Source: Octopus bimaculoides (lineage: Eukaryota). Taken from it: 64,000 bases of DNA. The DNA lies in NCBI RefSeq assembly GCF_001194135.2, contig NC_068987.1, positions 1,341,367-1,405,366 on the forward strand, given 5' to 3'. Below are positions 1 to 12,393 of this stretch, one piece after another (the first letter of the stretch is position 1; every line of letters starts with the position of its first letter). The notes under the pieces were generated by a model. The model was not told the DNA's origin. It ran no database searches and saw only the letters and a program-made list of their open reading frames with translations. The position numbers were made by a program, and so were the translations under genes.

Positions 1-1679
1 AGACTCCGAGATTCTTGCATCTCACAGTCTGGATAGGTGACATTGTAAGCTGATTTAGGTGTATTTACTCCATTCGTCTACAGCGAGAAATTTTCTCAAT
101 GACAAAACACGGTGAATGGCTTGTTTACAAGTCCGAGAGTGCCGCTGGCATATTTGAACTGTTGATGACATTGCATTTTTACACATCTCTGCTTAGCGCT
201 CCCACCTCGTAATAAAGTATGTTGCATGACCGTCTCACCGATTTCTTTCATGAGTTAATGTGTCAACGATAACATTATCTAACGTGTCCTACCTTATATT
301 GAACCTATAAGGTGTGAGTTGAATAATTTGTCTGTTATCTCTAGCAAGTTAAGCTACCATGTAAGAGCTTGTTCAATGATTCGATATAGCTGGAGATTTT
401 AATATTTTATTCAATAACCCATCATGTCCACATGTTCAGTAATAAAACACATTGCCGCCATGTTTGACTATGGCCAGGATAATGTTATAAAACTGACTGA
501 GCTCTTTAAGTATGAACTGCACGTCTGCTCCTCTGTTTCTTTTAATGTTAATGTCATTGTTATCTGACTCTAGTTGTGAATATTTCGCCACAGTTTTCTC
601 TACCATTGGCACATTTGTTAATGATGTGTTGTGTAGATTATGATACTATTACCGTCGTTCTATCTGCTTTCTCTGTAATTCTATTTTTAATATTGCTGTA
701 GCCATATTAATGTTATTTTCGCCATTACAACTGCTTACTTAAACGTGGTAACTACGTTCTTTGTTATGGACCCGACTGAGGGAATCAGGATATCACAAAA
801 ATACTGCTACAAATCTATATCAACCTTAAAGCCTACCTCACGCAACCATATGTACGTAAAACATAAAAATTTAATTCATTTTAACCCGCCTGTCATGATT
901 CTACCGCCCATAACATTACCTCACAGAATATACCCAACATAAACCTCATATTAATGGAATTCACATAATCTTGCCTCAGGTCCAACAACCCTAGATGCAA
1001 ACTTACTAAATATACCTGTACCCCACAATAACCCACCCTACACACAAGAACCTACCTCATAAAATTTTGTTTCTCCCCCACAAAGCTACGTGACATCAAA
1101 CCCAACTCACATATAACTTATCACACACAAATCTGCCTCACGTTCAAACCCACAGGTCACAAATCTAGCCCATCTACCTCTTGGGGTACCAATTGCCACA
1201 GAGATTCTCAGGCTTCATCAATACGCCAATAAATAACTTAAGTTTCAAATCAATAGGAATTTTAACAAACTTTTGAAATTCAAGAATACCCGTCAACCAG
1301 CAATGGACCATCTAGAAATAGCAGTCAAATCAGTAACAGATACGATATTGCCGTCATAAAGAAATATTGCACACAATGTATCACATTATATACAACGGCG
1401 AGTGAGTGACGGCTGGAAGAGTTCTGATCATATGTCTACTGTGCAGTGATTGGTTACGTGTTAAACAACAACGACACCGAGAATAACCCTGAGCGACATT
1501 TAAATAAATTCGGTAATGAATTTCTTGTTTTAAACGAGATGTGTCCGGGTGGAATCAACCGGATTATCGCAAACCTGACTTTCGTTCCACAACAATCCGA
1601 ACAATGTGTGCAGCAACTCAATTGCTAACACGGTTGCTGCAACTTGCGTTACTGCTTATTATTATCACAATCGTGAAGG

Positions 1680-1820
1680 TGGGGGGAGCTCCTAGAATTG
1701 TTAGTGCCTCGGACAAAATTCTTAGCGGCATTTGTTGCAGCTCCTTGCATTTTGAGTTCAAATATCCCCTGAACTCAAATTTGCCTTTCATCTTTTCGGG
1801 GTCGCTAAAATAAAGGACCA
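1680..1820 (+). mobile_element. SINE family A copy (degenerate)
   Basis: Contains gaattgttagtgcc..cttagcggcattt..tgagttcaaat..tttgcctttcatcttttcggggtcg..aaaataa, the same module order as the copies at 33740, 40140 and 44473. Confidence 0.65.
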
Positions 1821-1904
1821 CAACACCCAAAGATTAGGCGGTCCCCTGTTTGAATCTCGTTGTAGCGGTATCGGTACTTTGGTTCTACACTATTCTTCGT
1901 CAGT

Positions 1905-2272
1905 GGGGGTGCTATGGCTCAGTGGTTAGAGAAGCGGACTCGCAGTCGTAGGATCGCGCTTTCGATTCCAAGACCGGGTGTTGTGAGTGTTTATTGAGCG
2001 AAAACACCTAAAGCTCTACGAGACTCCGGCAGGGGAAGGGATGTACTCTGCTGTACTCTTTCGCCACAACTCTTTCTTCCTGTTTCTGTTGTACCTGTAT
2101 TTCAGAGAGCCAGCTTTGTCACACTGTGTGTCACGCAGAATCTCCCCGAGAACTACGTTAAGTGTACACATGTCTGTGGAGTGCTCAGCCACTTGCACGT
2201 TAATTTCACAAGCAGGCTGTTCCATTGATCGGATCAACTGGAACCCTTGTCGTCGTAACCGACAGAGTACCA
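1905..2272 (+). mobile_element. tRNA-headed SINE with shared ~180-bp 3' tail (family C, head variant 1)
   Basis: A-box tggctcagtggttaga and B-box-like tttcgattcc. The 3' part (2092-2272) matches the reverse complement of 10222-10368, 11817-11998 and 31385-31530. Confidence 0.75.
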
Positions 2273-2295
2273 CGATTATTCATCACATTAGCTTG

Positions 2296-2784
2296 GTAGT
2301 TCCTAATCAGTTAGCTCTGATCTTCAGCAGCTAAGATGAAGCCTTCGCCCCGCAGCCACTGGTGGGTGTGCTTCTGGTCTACATCAGCTTCTTTGCTACA
2401 AGCCAGATATTTGCTTTGCAGAGGTTTTTGTTCCCACCTATCAACCAATTGTTTAAACGATTTTTGCTTTGCCATTGATTTCACCTTCTTGGTAACTTCA
2501 GTTGCCATACTTTCATCATTCTGTTCAACCTGGGTATTATGCATCAACTCACTTGAACATGTTTTGCTCTCCTTCATAACAGAATGTAGCTTCTTACGTC
2601 TTTCATGGTTTTCAACGAGCTTTAGCATCCAGTCGTTATAGGTTTCAAGTCCTAATTGGCCAGTCCAATTGTGGTGGATTTCGAGATGGATCAAGCTTCG
2701 TCATCCTTTGGGTGGTGCACCATACTGCAAGTCAGCAGCTAATGGATTTTCCTGTCAATGTCTTTTGATTTCGCTGATATTCCA

Positions 2785-2790
<6 letters not shown>
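2296..2790 (-). mobile_element. R4/Dong-type RLE-LINE fragment (RT thumb / pre-zinc-knuckle region)
   Basis: Minus-strand translation gives WNISEIK..DRK..LLT....HHPKDD, then RWEQKPLQSKY...VDQKHTHQWL..EGFILAAEDQS, resembling R4-clade W..KPLHG.Y..VD..WL..EGFI.AAQDQ. Confidence 0.75.

Positions 2791-2826
<36 letters not shown>
2787..2826. repeat. (CAT)n microsatellite at the 5' junction of the LINE fragment
   Basis: About 13 perfect CAT units seen directly. Confidence 0.95.
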
Positions 2827-2974
2827 TCCTGATGTGGTATGTGAATAATGAATCGCATTCCTACTTGTAAGATATTGTTCCATATATCCTTTGTTTTCTG
2901 ATTCACCTAGTCGTATGATTTGTTATCTATCTATCTACCTATCTATCCATAAATAAATAAATAAATAAATAAAT

Positions 2975-3340
2975 NNNNNNNNNNNNNNNNNNNNNNNNNN
3001 NNNNNNNNNNNNNNNNNNNNNNNNNNNNNNNNNNNNNNNNNNNNNNNNNNNNNNNNNNNNNNNNNNNNNNNNNNNNNNNNNNNNNNNNNNNNNNNNNNNN
3101 NNNNNNNNNNNNNNNNNNNNNNNNNNNNNNNNNNNNNNNNNNNNNNNNNNNNNNNNNNNNNNNNNNNNNNNNNNNNNNNNNNNNNNNNNNNNNNNNNNNN
3201 NNNNNNNNNNNNNNNNNNNNNNNNNNNNNNNNNNNNNNNNNNNNNNNNNNNNNNNNNNNNNNNNNNNNNNNNNNNNNNNNNNNNNNNNNNNNNNNNNNNN
3301 NNNNNNNNNNNNNNNNNNNNNNNNNNNNNNNNNNNNNNNN
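2975..3340. other. Assembly gap (first of many)
   Basis: N run. Other large gaps: 6755-6997, 10369-10960, 12394-13139, 16212-16800, 18513-18587, ~34120-34450, ~47482-48069, ~48573-48655, ~50247-50599. Most are flanked by microsatellites. Confidence 0.99.
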
Positions 3341-4037
3341 TATATATATATATATATATATGCATATATATATATATGCATGTCTATACATGTATGTATG
3401 TATAACTATGTGCGAACATGAATATTTGAAATATTTAAAATAATATTCTGTATTCTAGGCAGTGACGTCGGAGTTAAACAGAAACAGTGATGATATTTCG
3501 TGTGCCATTATATTAAATTCATTTTTAATTTCTTAGCTTCAGGTTCCAACTGCTGATAACATATTTCTAGCATTGTATTGAGGCATGCACGCGTTGTCAT
3601 ATTTGTTTTTAATGAAGCTATGTACCTGTGTGAATAAGTGTCTTTGCAACACGTATTTCTTGATTTGTATATGTTAGAAAATTTGTTGCTATTTATCTGT
3701 ACATGCGTGTACAAAGGCATGAATATACAGACAAGAAGACACACACAACCGTGCGCTCGCATTCACAGAGTCACAGTCACACATAACATAAACTCACACA
3801 CACAGCATGCATTCATACACACATATATGTATATTAATTCATAATTCAATGATTCTAAACAATAATGTTTAAATTTAAGCGAACGCACACACACACACGC
3901 GCGCGCGCATACTCACGCACAGATATATGTATATGAAAGACACATGCAAATATATTTATACACATATTCTTAGATATCCACTCACACTTACATGTACATA
4001 CGTTTATATACACATATGCGCCTAGGTACATACACAC

Positions 4038-4284
4038 ACACACATACATACATACCTATAAATATATATATAATTATATATATATATACATGCATATAAT
4101 TGTATATAGATATACATATAAACACACACCCAAACGTTCATTAACACATGCATTGAACACATACATACATACCTATAAATATATATATAATTATATATAT
4201 ATACATGCATATAATTGTATATAGATATACATATAAACACACACCCAAACGTTCATTAACACATACATTGAACACATACATACG
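4038..4284. repeat. ~117-bp tandem duplication of low-complexity sequence
   Basis: catacctataaatatatatataattata...cacacacccaaacgttcattaacacat.cattgaacacatacatac occurs twice back to back. Confidence 0.85.
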
Positions 4285-4698
4285 AACACATACGGAACCA
4301 TGAAGCAATATCTCTCTCCTTCTCCTTCCTGTAATGAAAATTAAATAATGAAAAGACCATAGGGAAGTTTACAAATTTTGAGTAACATCAAGGGAAACCT
4401 TTAAGTGAATACGCAGTTGCTATAATTGAGCTGAAGCGAATTTTCCTTCGTTTTTAATCCCACGTTACTATGTCTTTCTAATCAATTCCTTCATACATTT
4501 TTCTACGTCACATCAGACCGCCATTTTCAGGCTGTTTTTTTTTTGCTTTTTTCTTTTCTCTTCTATTGTCTTGTCTTCGTTTCACACTTTGAATCCAAAA
4601 GTAAGCTGTAGCGGTGTATATATGTCCACACACGCGCACACAGCATTTCTATACAGGTAGACACACGCGTACATATACATACACACACACACACCTGT

Positions 4699-4771
<73 letters not shown>

Positions 4772-4829
4772 CAAACCCACACAGATATATACATATTTAT
4801 ATATATGTATGTATGTATGTATGCATGTT

Positions 4830-4883
<54 letters not shown>

Positions 4884-5182
4884 ACTATATCATGTGTATA
4901 TATGAATAATTGTACTTATGTATACGAATATATACAAGCATATATGTGTGTAAATATGCACATATAAGTATACGTATATATTTTATACATAGTAAAGATG
5001 TGCAAGTATATATTATATCTATATATATTTATCTATATCTATCTATATATGATGGTGGGTATATTTACATCTATGCATTTACCGATTATTTCTTATGCGA
5101 GATTGCTTGAGGAGTTACTTAGGAGTAAGGAATATCATACTGGACCACATTTAAAAATGTGACATATACCATTTCATATATG

Positions 5183-5264
<82 letters not shown>

Positions 5265-5371
5265 GATGCCTGTATATATATCATATATACACACACATAC
5301 ATACATACATACATACATATTCATCTATGTGCCTACTTTTTGCATATATATATATGTGTGTGTGTGTGTAT

Positions 5372-5626
5372 AGTAAAGATTGTTTGCCAACATAACATGG
5401 CAGTCCTGGTTTAGGACGAATGTTGCTGTAATTTAGTCCCAGGAGACATCGTCTCCAGGTGGTTATACGACACGACTTGTGTCCTTATATTTTCGAACAA
5501 GGGAAAAATATAAGGACACAGATCGTGTGGTATACCCAGCTGGAGCCGATGTCTCCTGGAGCTAAATTACAGCAACATTCGTCCTAAACCAGGACCGCCG
5601 TGTTATGTTGGCAAACAATCTTTACT
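5372..5626. mobile_element. Palindromic fold-back element / MITE-like (two ~120-bp inverted arms)
   Basis: The left arm agtaaagattgtttgccaacataac..ggtttaggacgaatgttgctgtaatttag..ccaggagacatc..gtgtccttatatttt is the reverse complement of the right arm, apart from a few substitutions. The central loop is about 10 nt. Confidence 0.85.
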
Positions 5627-7539
5627 CCAAAATACTGTTGCTGAATATCTCTCGTTGTGAGATTTAAAAATAATAATTTTCTAATACATATATCGATAGA
5701 TAAGTTGATGTTCACGGAATATATGTTGGCTCATGCGATACATATACCACGATGGGTGTGTGTGGCTGTATTTTCGTTGGTACAGGTGCATACCTCTGCA
5801 AATTCTGCTTACTCTATTGCATGCAGATTCTCAATGTATTACATCATAATTGCTTTGTTATGCTCGCTATTGAAAAACGCATATATAATGCACATTCGTA
5901 CGTATGTATACAGTAAAGAAATATTCGTCCATACACAAAACACGCTCATTTAGCAGTATTTACCTCCAGTGTTCATGGAGTTGTTATGTTTCTGTTTTAC
6001 AGTCACGTCTAAATGTTTTTCTCGCAAATACTTTTATTCTTCATTTCAAAAGTATGCCTTTGTAGATTTTAGAGACTTAAATTTTGGATTTTCTTCAGGA
6101 CTTAACACACGGAATCCTTTCATATAAATTCATTTTTTCGTCCTTGCGAAGAATATTTGACATTGAAAGAACGCGTAGTTTGCTAAGTACTGAAGGTAAA
6201 GACAAAACGTTAATCCCTTCCACACGCACTCATACTCTTCGTTTGTTCTGTCTTTAATTAATCAATATTTTTAATCAAGGAACAAAAGATAAAGCCCATA
6301 CGAAATACTTTCGTTGATAACATTATAAATCATATATAGTCGACACATTTTTAAGACTAATTTAATTCATTATAAAATACCTTTGTTTACGAACCTTAAA
6401 GTTTAAAAAATCTTCGAGAAAACAACTTCCACTTTTCAGTAACGAATTTAACTTTACCACCTGCAAAAGTCACATGTTATTAAAATTAATAAATGTTCCG
6501 AAATCTGAGATTAGAAAAGTGGTTGTTACTTTTTGAAACGTTTATCCATTTAAATTTTTAATTTAAAATCTATAAGTATACATTTTTAAGCGATAAGTTT
6601 TAAAAGAATTTCGTGTACGAGGTAGAAAAGTAGATCTATGTTTTGATAATGGTCATTCTATCCCTAACGATTCAAGTATAAACCTGAATACATGGATATA
6701 GACTGTCTACCGTCACTGAATGGTGCATTTATATATCTCCTATCACAACATATTNNNNNNNNNNNNNNNNNNNNNNNNNNNNNNNNNNNNNNNNNNNNNN
6801 NNNNNNNNNNNNNNNNNNNNNNNNNNNNNNNNNNNNNNNNNNNNNNNNNNNNNNNNNNNNNNNNNNNNNNNNNNNNNNNNNNNNNNNNNNNNNNNNNNNN
6901 NNNNNNNNNNNNNNNNNNNNNNNNNNNNNNNNNNNNNNNNNNNNNNNNNNNNNNNNNNNNNNNNNNNNNNNNNNNNNNNNNNNNNNNNNNNNNNNNNATA
7001 TATATATATATATATAATTTGTAAACGAGAATGTTCTTGACAGTGACATCGAAGTTTCGGCCAGTGAAGCGACCGTCGGACGATCTTATTCAAGAATAAT
7101 GAATTCGTACTGTACAAAAGTATAAAATGATATCAGAATAGCTTAAAATCGTTGTCATTGCCTCTGAACATAAAAACAAACGTTCAGAATTATGGGAACT
7201 GAAAAGAAATAAAATTGGTTGGGTGAAAAGTGAGACTTTTGATAGAGTAACGCTTACATTAAATTATCATTATATATAAGTTTTTTTGAGGAGATTGCAT
7301 ATACATAATTACACAAACGTAATATAAATATAAACACAATTATGTCGATATCATGTATTTACATTTTGAAAAATTTTACTTTAGGCATCCATCGAATAAA
7401 CGCCCTTCATTCAAGTCGTCCCTCTATGTCACAGTTTACTTCAATAATGACGGTTGAAAATGCTGCAATAATTAATTTAATGTGGTCGGCAACGATTTTG
7501 TACAAATATACACTAAAGGATCCACATTGTGACTCCTCT

Positions 7540-7715
7540 TCACCGCTGAGAAATTGTACATATTGACACCTGTTTTTTTCATGTTGGGTCGTATCGAATC
7601 CAATGCTCCGATGACAACAGGGGCAACCTTTAGGTTTGACTCTCTTTGCTGCCCCATCTTGGCGATCTCAATTCTCAGGGCTCTATATTTATCAACCTTC
7701 TCCCTTTCTTTCATG
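7540..7715 (-). mobile_element. R4/Dong-type LINE 3' fragment (C-terminus of RLE domain)
   Basis: KEREKVDKYRALRIEIAKM..LKVAPVVIGALDSI matches the KE.EK..KY..L..E..RMW..V.PVVIGALG.I motif. Confidence 0.8.
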
Positions 7716-7826
7716 ATAGTAGTAGTGGTGGTGGTGGTGGTAGTAGTAATTGTAGTAGTAGTGGTGATGGTAGTGGTGGTGGTGGTGGTGGTGATCGTAG
7801 TGGGAATAGTAGTAGTAATAGTATGA
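7716..7826. repeat. Compound (TAG)/(TGG) trinucleotide repeat
   Basis: Seen directly; it abuts the 5' end of the LINE fragment. Confidence 0.9.
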
Positions 7827-8791
7827 TCGGTAGTGTTTCTGTAGCTGCTACTGCTGGTGTAATATTGATATCCCTGTTTGCACCTTTCACTATTTTGCAT
7901 CCAGTGATTCTTCGGTTCTTTCCCTCTCTTCTGTTTGCATCACTCTCCCATCTCTCTCTCCTGTCTCTCTCTCCCATATTTCTCTCTCTCTCTCTCTCTT
8001 CTATTAGAACTCATACCAATCTATTCCCCCCCACCCTTCTCTTTCCTAATATTTCATACACTCACACCTCTCCCTTCTCTTCACTTTCCTTCTAACACAA
8101 CTTTCTCTCTTCTATCTCACGACATCCACCTACTCTTAGACGAGTTTTTTTAAATATATATTTTAGTTCTCAGCCACTAATACGTGTGTCTTTCTGTTTA
8201 TCTGTATTTCTGTCTGTATATATGTGTGTGTTTTGTGTATACGTGTGTTATGTGTGTGTTTTGTGTATGTGTGTGTTTTGTGTGTGTACACTTTTCCCGT
8301 ATCCTCACCGTATATTCTTCATTTATACGTGATAAGGTTTTGATATCTAGAGATTTGTTATTAGCCTATATGCTTTCCTCCCCCTCCTCATCTCCTCCAC
8401 TACCCATGGCACATTCTCTGTTTATTATCTTTTACTTTTCCTTTCTTTTTAAATTCGCATTTCCATCTCTCTATTCCTACTCATGTCTCTGTCCTCCTCT
8501 CTTCCTTTTTATTTTTTTACTTTAATCTTATATACATTTAAGATAATTATAACTATTAACATTTACACATTTATAGCAATCTTCCTTCTAAAATGCTTAT
8601 ATAATGCACTATTAAACATTAAAACGTGAGATTGAAAGTTTTATAATCATAGCAGATGTAGATCTTGTTTTCATCCATATACAAGTATTTAAATGTAATT
8701 TAAAATATAATTAGTCTTAATGATCACTCAAAACTCGGAGTAACAAATTAATGAAATCTTGTTGAATGAATATTCAGGCATAATTCTATTA

Positions 8792-8831
<40 letters not shown>

Positions 8832-8959
8832 CATCTATATAACTATCTATCTATCTATTTCCCTATCTCTCTCTCTCTATCTATTTCCTTATCTATCTAT
8901 CTATCTGTCCATCTGTCTGTTTCTATCTATCTATTTATCTGTCTGTCTGTCTACTATAG

Positions 8960-9336
8960 TTTAACCGTGTCTTTTATTCGTTGGGCAGTGAAAGTTAAAA
9001 ATCTTTCTTTTCTGTCTTAATCGCTTCAGTGAAATTTGTGGTGGTGGTGGGAGAAGCGTCAGTTGAAGAAGTTGACGGTGAAGTGGTGGTGGTGGCGTTT
9101 CTCTTCTTTAAGGTCGAAGGCTTTGCGACGATATCGCTGTTGTTGCTGGTGGCAACGGTGTTAGCGTTCACGCGTACACCTGCACCTGTTCGTGTGACAC
9201 ATCACCCTGTCTTCCCTCCTTCACGAAGCCGTGGTGAAGGGAGTGTAATGAAATCAACGTCGCAAAGAGAGTTGCTATGGAGACCGGCGTTCGTTATGAA
9301 ATCGTCTGCTTGGCTTCAAGACGCCGATTCTCAAAA
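8960..9336 (-). other. Candidate terminal exon of an unidentified minus-strand transcript
   Basis: Unique, CpG-rich sequence. On the minus strand: ttttttttag| acceptor (AG at 9338-9337), a short frame FENRRLEAKQTIS*, and AATAAA near 8975. No homology recognised. Confidence 0.25.
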
Positions 9337-9485
9337 CTAAAAAAAATGGCTAAAAGCCGAAAGCAATTTTAGATAATATCGGTAAATTCGCCCACACAGG
9401 GCAGATTTCCCGTNNNNNNNNNNATATATATATGTGTAAGTATGTATATATGTGTGTAAGTATATATATATATGTGTGTGTGTGT

Positions 9486-9664
9486 GTTGTTTGGATATAT
9501 ACATCTGTACGTTTTTACAATCAGACATAAAATTCGGTAACCATGAGTATATCTGTCTGTCTCTATATTGACACAGACGTCTACATACAAATATATATAT
9601 ATATATATGAATATATACATACTTTTGTCTGATTGTAAAAACTTACAGATGTATGTCCAAACAA
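9486..9664. repeat. ~40-bp inverted repeat with ~100-bp spacer
   Basis: gtttggatatatacatctgtacgtttttacaatcagaca is matched by tgtctgattgtaaaaacttacagatgtatgtccaaac. Confidence 0.8.
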
Positions 9665-10088
9665 ACTAACACACCCACACATACACACACACACGTACAC
9701 ACAACCACACAAATACAAGCACACACGCAAACAAGCGCAAACACTAAAAAACACACACACTTACCAACACCATTCAACTAAACAGAATAATCAATCCATC
9801 AACTGCAGACGTCTGGTCTTATTTACTTTCCCTGAGCGCTCGTTACACACACACACACACTTATATGTACACATACACATATCCGCACGCGGTACATTTG
9901 CACAGTTAGTGTCGTTTACTTCACTAATTCAATTTGAAAAGTTGTGACTAAAAGCTGTTTCTTTAATAATTGTCATTAAAGTACATTTTCTAAGTTTCTG
10001 ACATAAGTAAACATAATTATTGACATGTTAATGTAACTCCGAGAACGCTACGTCCCCCATCTCGACACCCCCCTCTCTCTCTGTCTCG

Positions 10089-10123
<35 letters not shown>

Positions 10124-10221
10124 CTAACATATATATACATATAGATACATGTACACACATATGTAGTATACAAACACACATGTATAAGTACACAGAAACC
10201 TGTATGTATACATATTAGCAT

Positions 10222-10368
10222 AAAAGGAGCACTCCGTCGGTTACGACGACGAGGGTCCCAGCTGATACGATCAACGGAACAGCTTGCTCGTGAAATTAAC
10301 GTGCAAGTGGCTGAGCACTCCACAGACACGTGTAACCTTAACGCAGTTCTCAAGGAGATTCAGCGTAA
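10222..10368 (-). mobile_element. SINE family C 3' tail (cut by gap)
   Basis: Reverse complement of the tail at 2125-2272; near-identical to 11817-11957. Confidence 0.8.
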
Positions 10369-10978
10369 NNNNNNNNNNNNNNNNNNNNNNNNNNNNNNNN
10401 NNNNNNNNNNNNNNNNNNNNNNNNNNNNNNNNNNNNNNNNNNNNNNNNNNNNNNNNNNNNNNNNNNNNNNNNNNNNNNNNNNNNNNNNNNNNNNNNNNNN
10501 NNNNNNNNNNNNNNNNNNNNNNNNNNNNNNNNNNNNNNNNNNNNNNNNNNNNNNNNNNNNNNNNNNNNNNNNNNNNNNNNNNNNNNNNNNNNNNNNNNNN
10601 NNNNNNNNNNNNNNNNNNNNNNNNNNNNNNNNNNNNNNNNNNNNNNNNNNNNNNNNNNNNNNNNNNNNNNNNNNNNNNNNNNNNNNNNNNNNNNNNNNNN
10701 NNNNNNNNNNNNNNNNNNNNNNNNNNNNNNNNNNNNNNNNNNNNNNNNNNNNNNNNNNNNNNNNNNNNNNNNNNNNNNNNNNNNNNNNNNNNNNNNNNNN
10801 NNNNNNNNNNNNNNNNNNNNNNNNNNNNNNNNNNNNNNNNNNNNNNNNNNNNNNNNNNNNNNNNNNNNNNNNNNNNNNNNNNNNNNNNNNNNNNNNNNNN
10901 NNNNNNNNNNNNNNNNNNNNNNNNNNNNNNNNNNNNNNNNNNNNNNNNNNNNNNNNNNNNATATATACATATATATAC

Positions 10979-11009
<31 letters not shown>

Positions 11010-11022
11010 CATATATATATAC

Positions 11023-11107
<85 letters not shown>

Positions 11108-11816
11108 ATGAAGGATTATCAATCCGGGCCAAATATTTATATGCTCTCTGCTGGCACACCAGGCTAACACTATTACTGAGATTAGCGAAGAACTCCAAGT
11201 AATTTTTTGGTAGGGTCCCAAGTTATGGTTTATCACAATCCTAAATTGTAAATCCCTCGATGACTGCATGAGTGGAAAACAGGGGGGAAAACACAGTACT
11301 TTGAATACCAAAGGTAAACCGATATGCTTATTTATCGTAAAACTACAGTTCTGTGATGATAATTTTACAGCGTTAATAAAAATAAGTGTGTGTGTGTATA
11401 TATTATGTGTGTATATAATATTTATCAAAGTGATCACACACAATACCTATCCATACGTATGTATGTATGTATGTATGTGTCTATCTATCTATCTATCTAT
11501 CTATCTATGCTAACACCCATATAAACAGACAGGCTAACAAATACGTAGATAGATAATTAAATGGACAGACACATAGATAGATAGCTACAATTAAATGCCT
11601 GTAGTTGGCGTGTTGATTCACATATTCATACACGTCTTAAAAGAGTTATGATATCAGTTACGTATACAGACACCGTTAATATTTAACCCATCTATATTAC
11701 TCATCTTCTCTTTCTCACAGCTTTTCTGATACACATACACATACATGCGTATATATAAATGTGTGTGTGTGTGTGTNNNNNNNNNNGAAACCTGTATGTA
11801 TACATATTAGCATAAA

Positions 11817-12140
11817 AGGAGCACTCCGTCGGTTACAACGACTAGGGTCCCAGCTGATCCGATCAACGGAACAGCTGGATCGTGAAATTAACGTGCAAGT
11901 GACTGAGCAATCCACAGACACGTGTAACCTTAACGCAGTTCTCAAGGAGATTCAGCGTGTCACAGAGTTTGACAAGGCTGGCCCTTTGAAATACAGGTAA
12001 TACTCATTTTTGCCAGGTGAGTGGACTGGTACAACGTGAAATAAAGTGTATTGCTCAAGCACACAATGCGTCGCCGAGAATTGAACTCACCTTACGATCG
12101 TGAGTCAAGTGCCCAAACCACTAAGCCACGCACCCTCACA
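11817..12140 (-). mobile_element. Full-length tRNA-headed SINE family C (head variant 2, CORE-like middle)
   Basis: Minus strand reads gtgcgtggcttagtggtt (A box) .. gagttcaattc (B box) .. ttgagcaatacactttatttcacgttgtaccagtccactca, followed by the shared tail. Confidence 0.8.
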
Positions 12141-12349
12141 CTTCAGCATACATATATGTGTGTGTATGAGTGTTTATTAATTTGCAAATGTCGTCAAAGA
12201 CAAAATGAAGTACTCAACACATGTAAAATATAAATTGATAGGAGCGATGGTCAATGTGTGACTGACTTCACAAGTTTCCTGAACGAGAATAGAAATGTTG
12301 CATCTATAGACAGGAAATCTAACAAAATCCTGTGGCCATTTCAGAATAC

Positions 12350-12393
<44 letters not shown>

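Noticed and set aside
1-1400. Possible decayed transposon ORFs at the window start
   Set aside because: The composition is coding-like, but no motif could be assigned with confidence on either strand.
7040-7090. Stem plus GAAAC on the minus strand suggestive of a hammerhead
   Set aside because: The CUGANGA box is absent.
9029-9340. 103-aa plus-strand Val-rich ORF as a membrane protein
   Set aside because: The hydrophobicity comes from (GGT)n/(GTT)n runs; it has a GTG start and no family motif.
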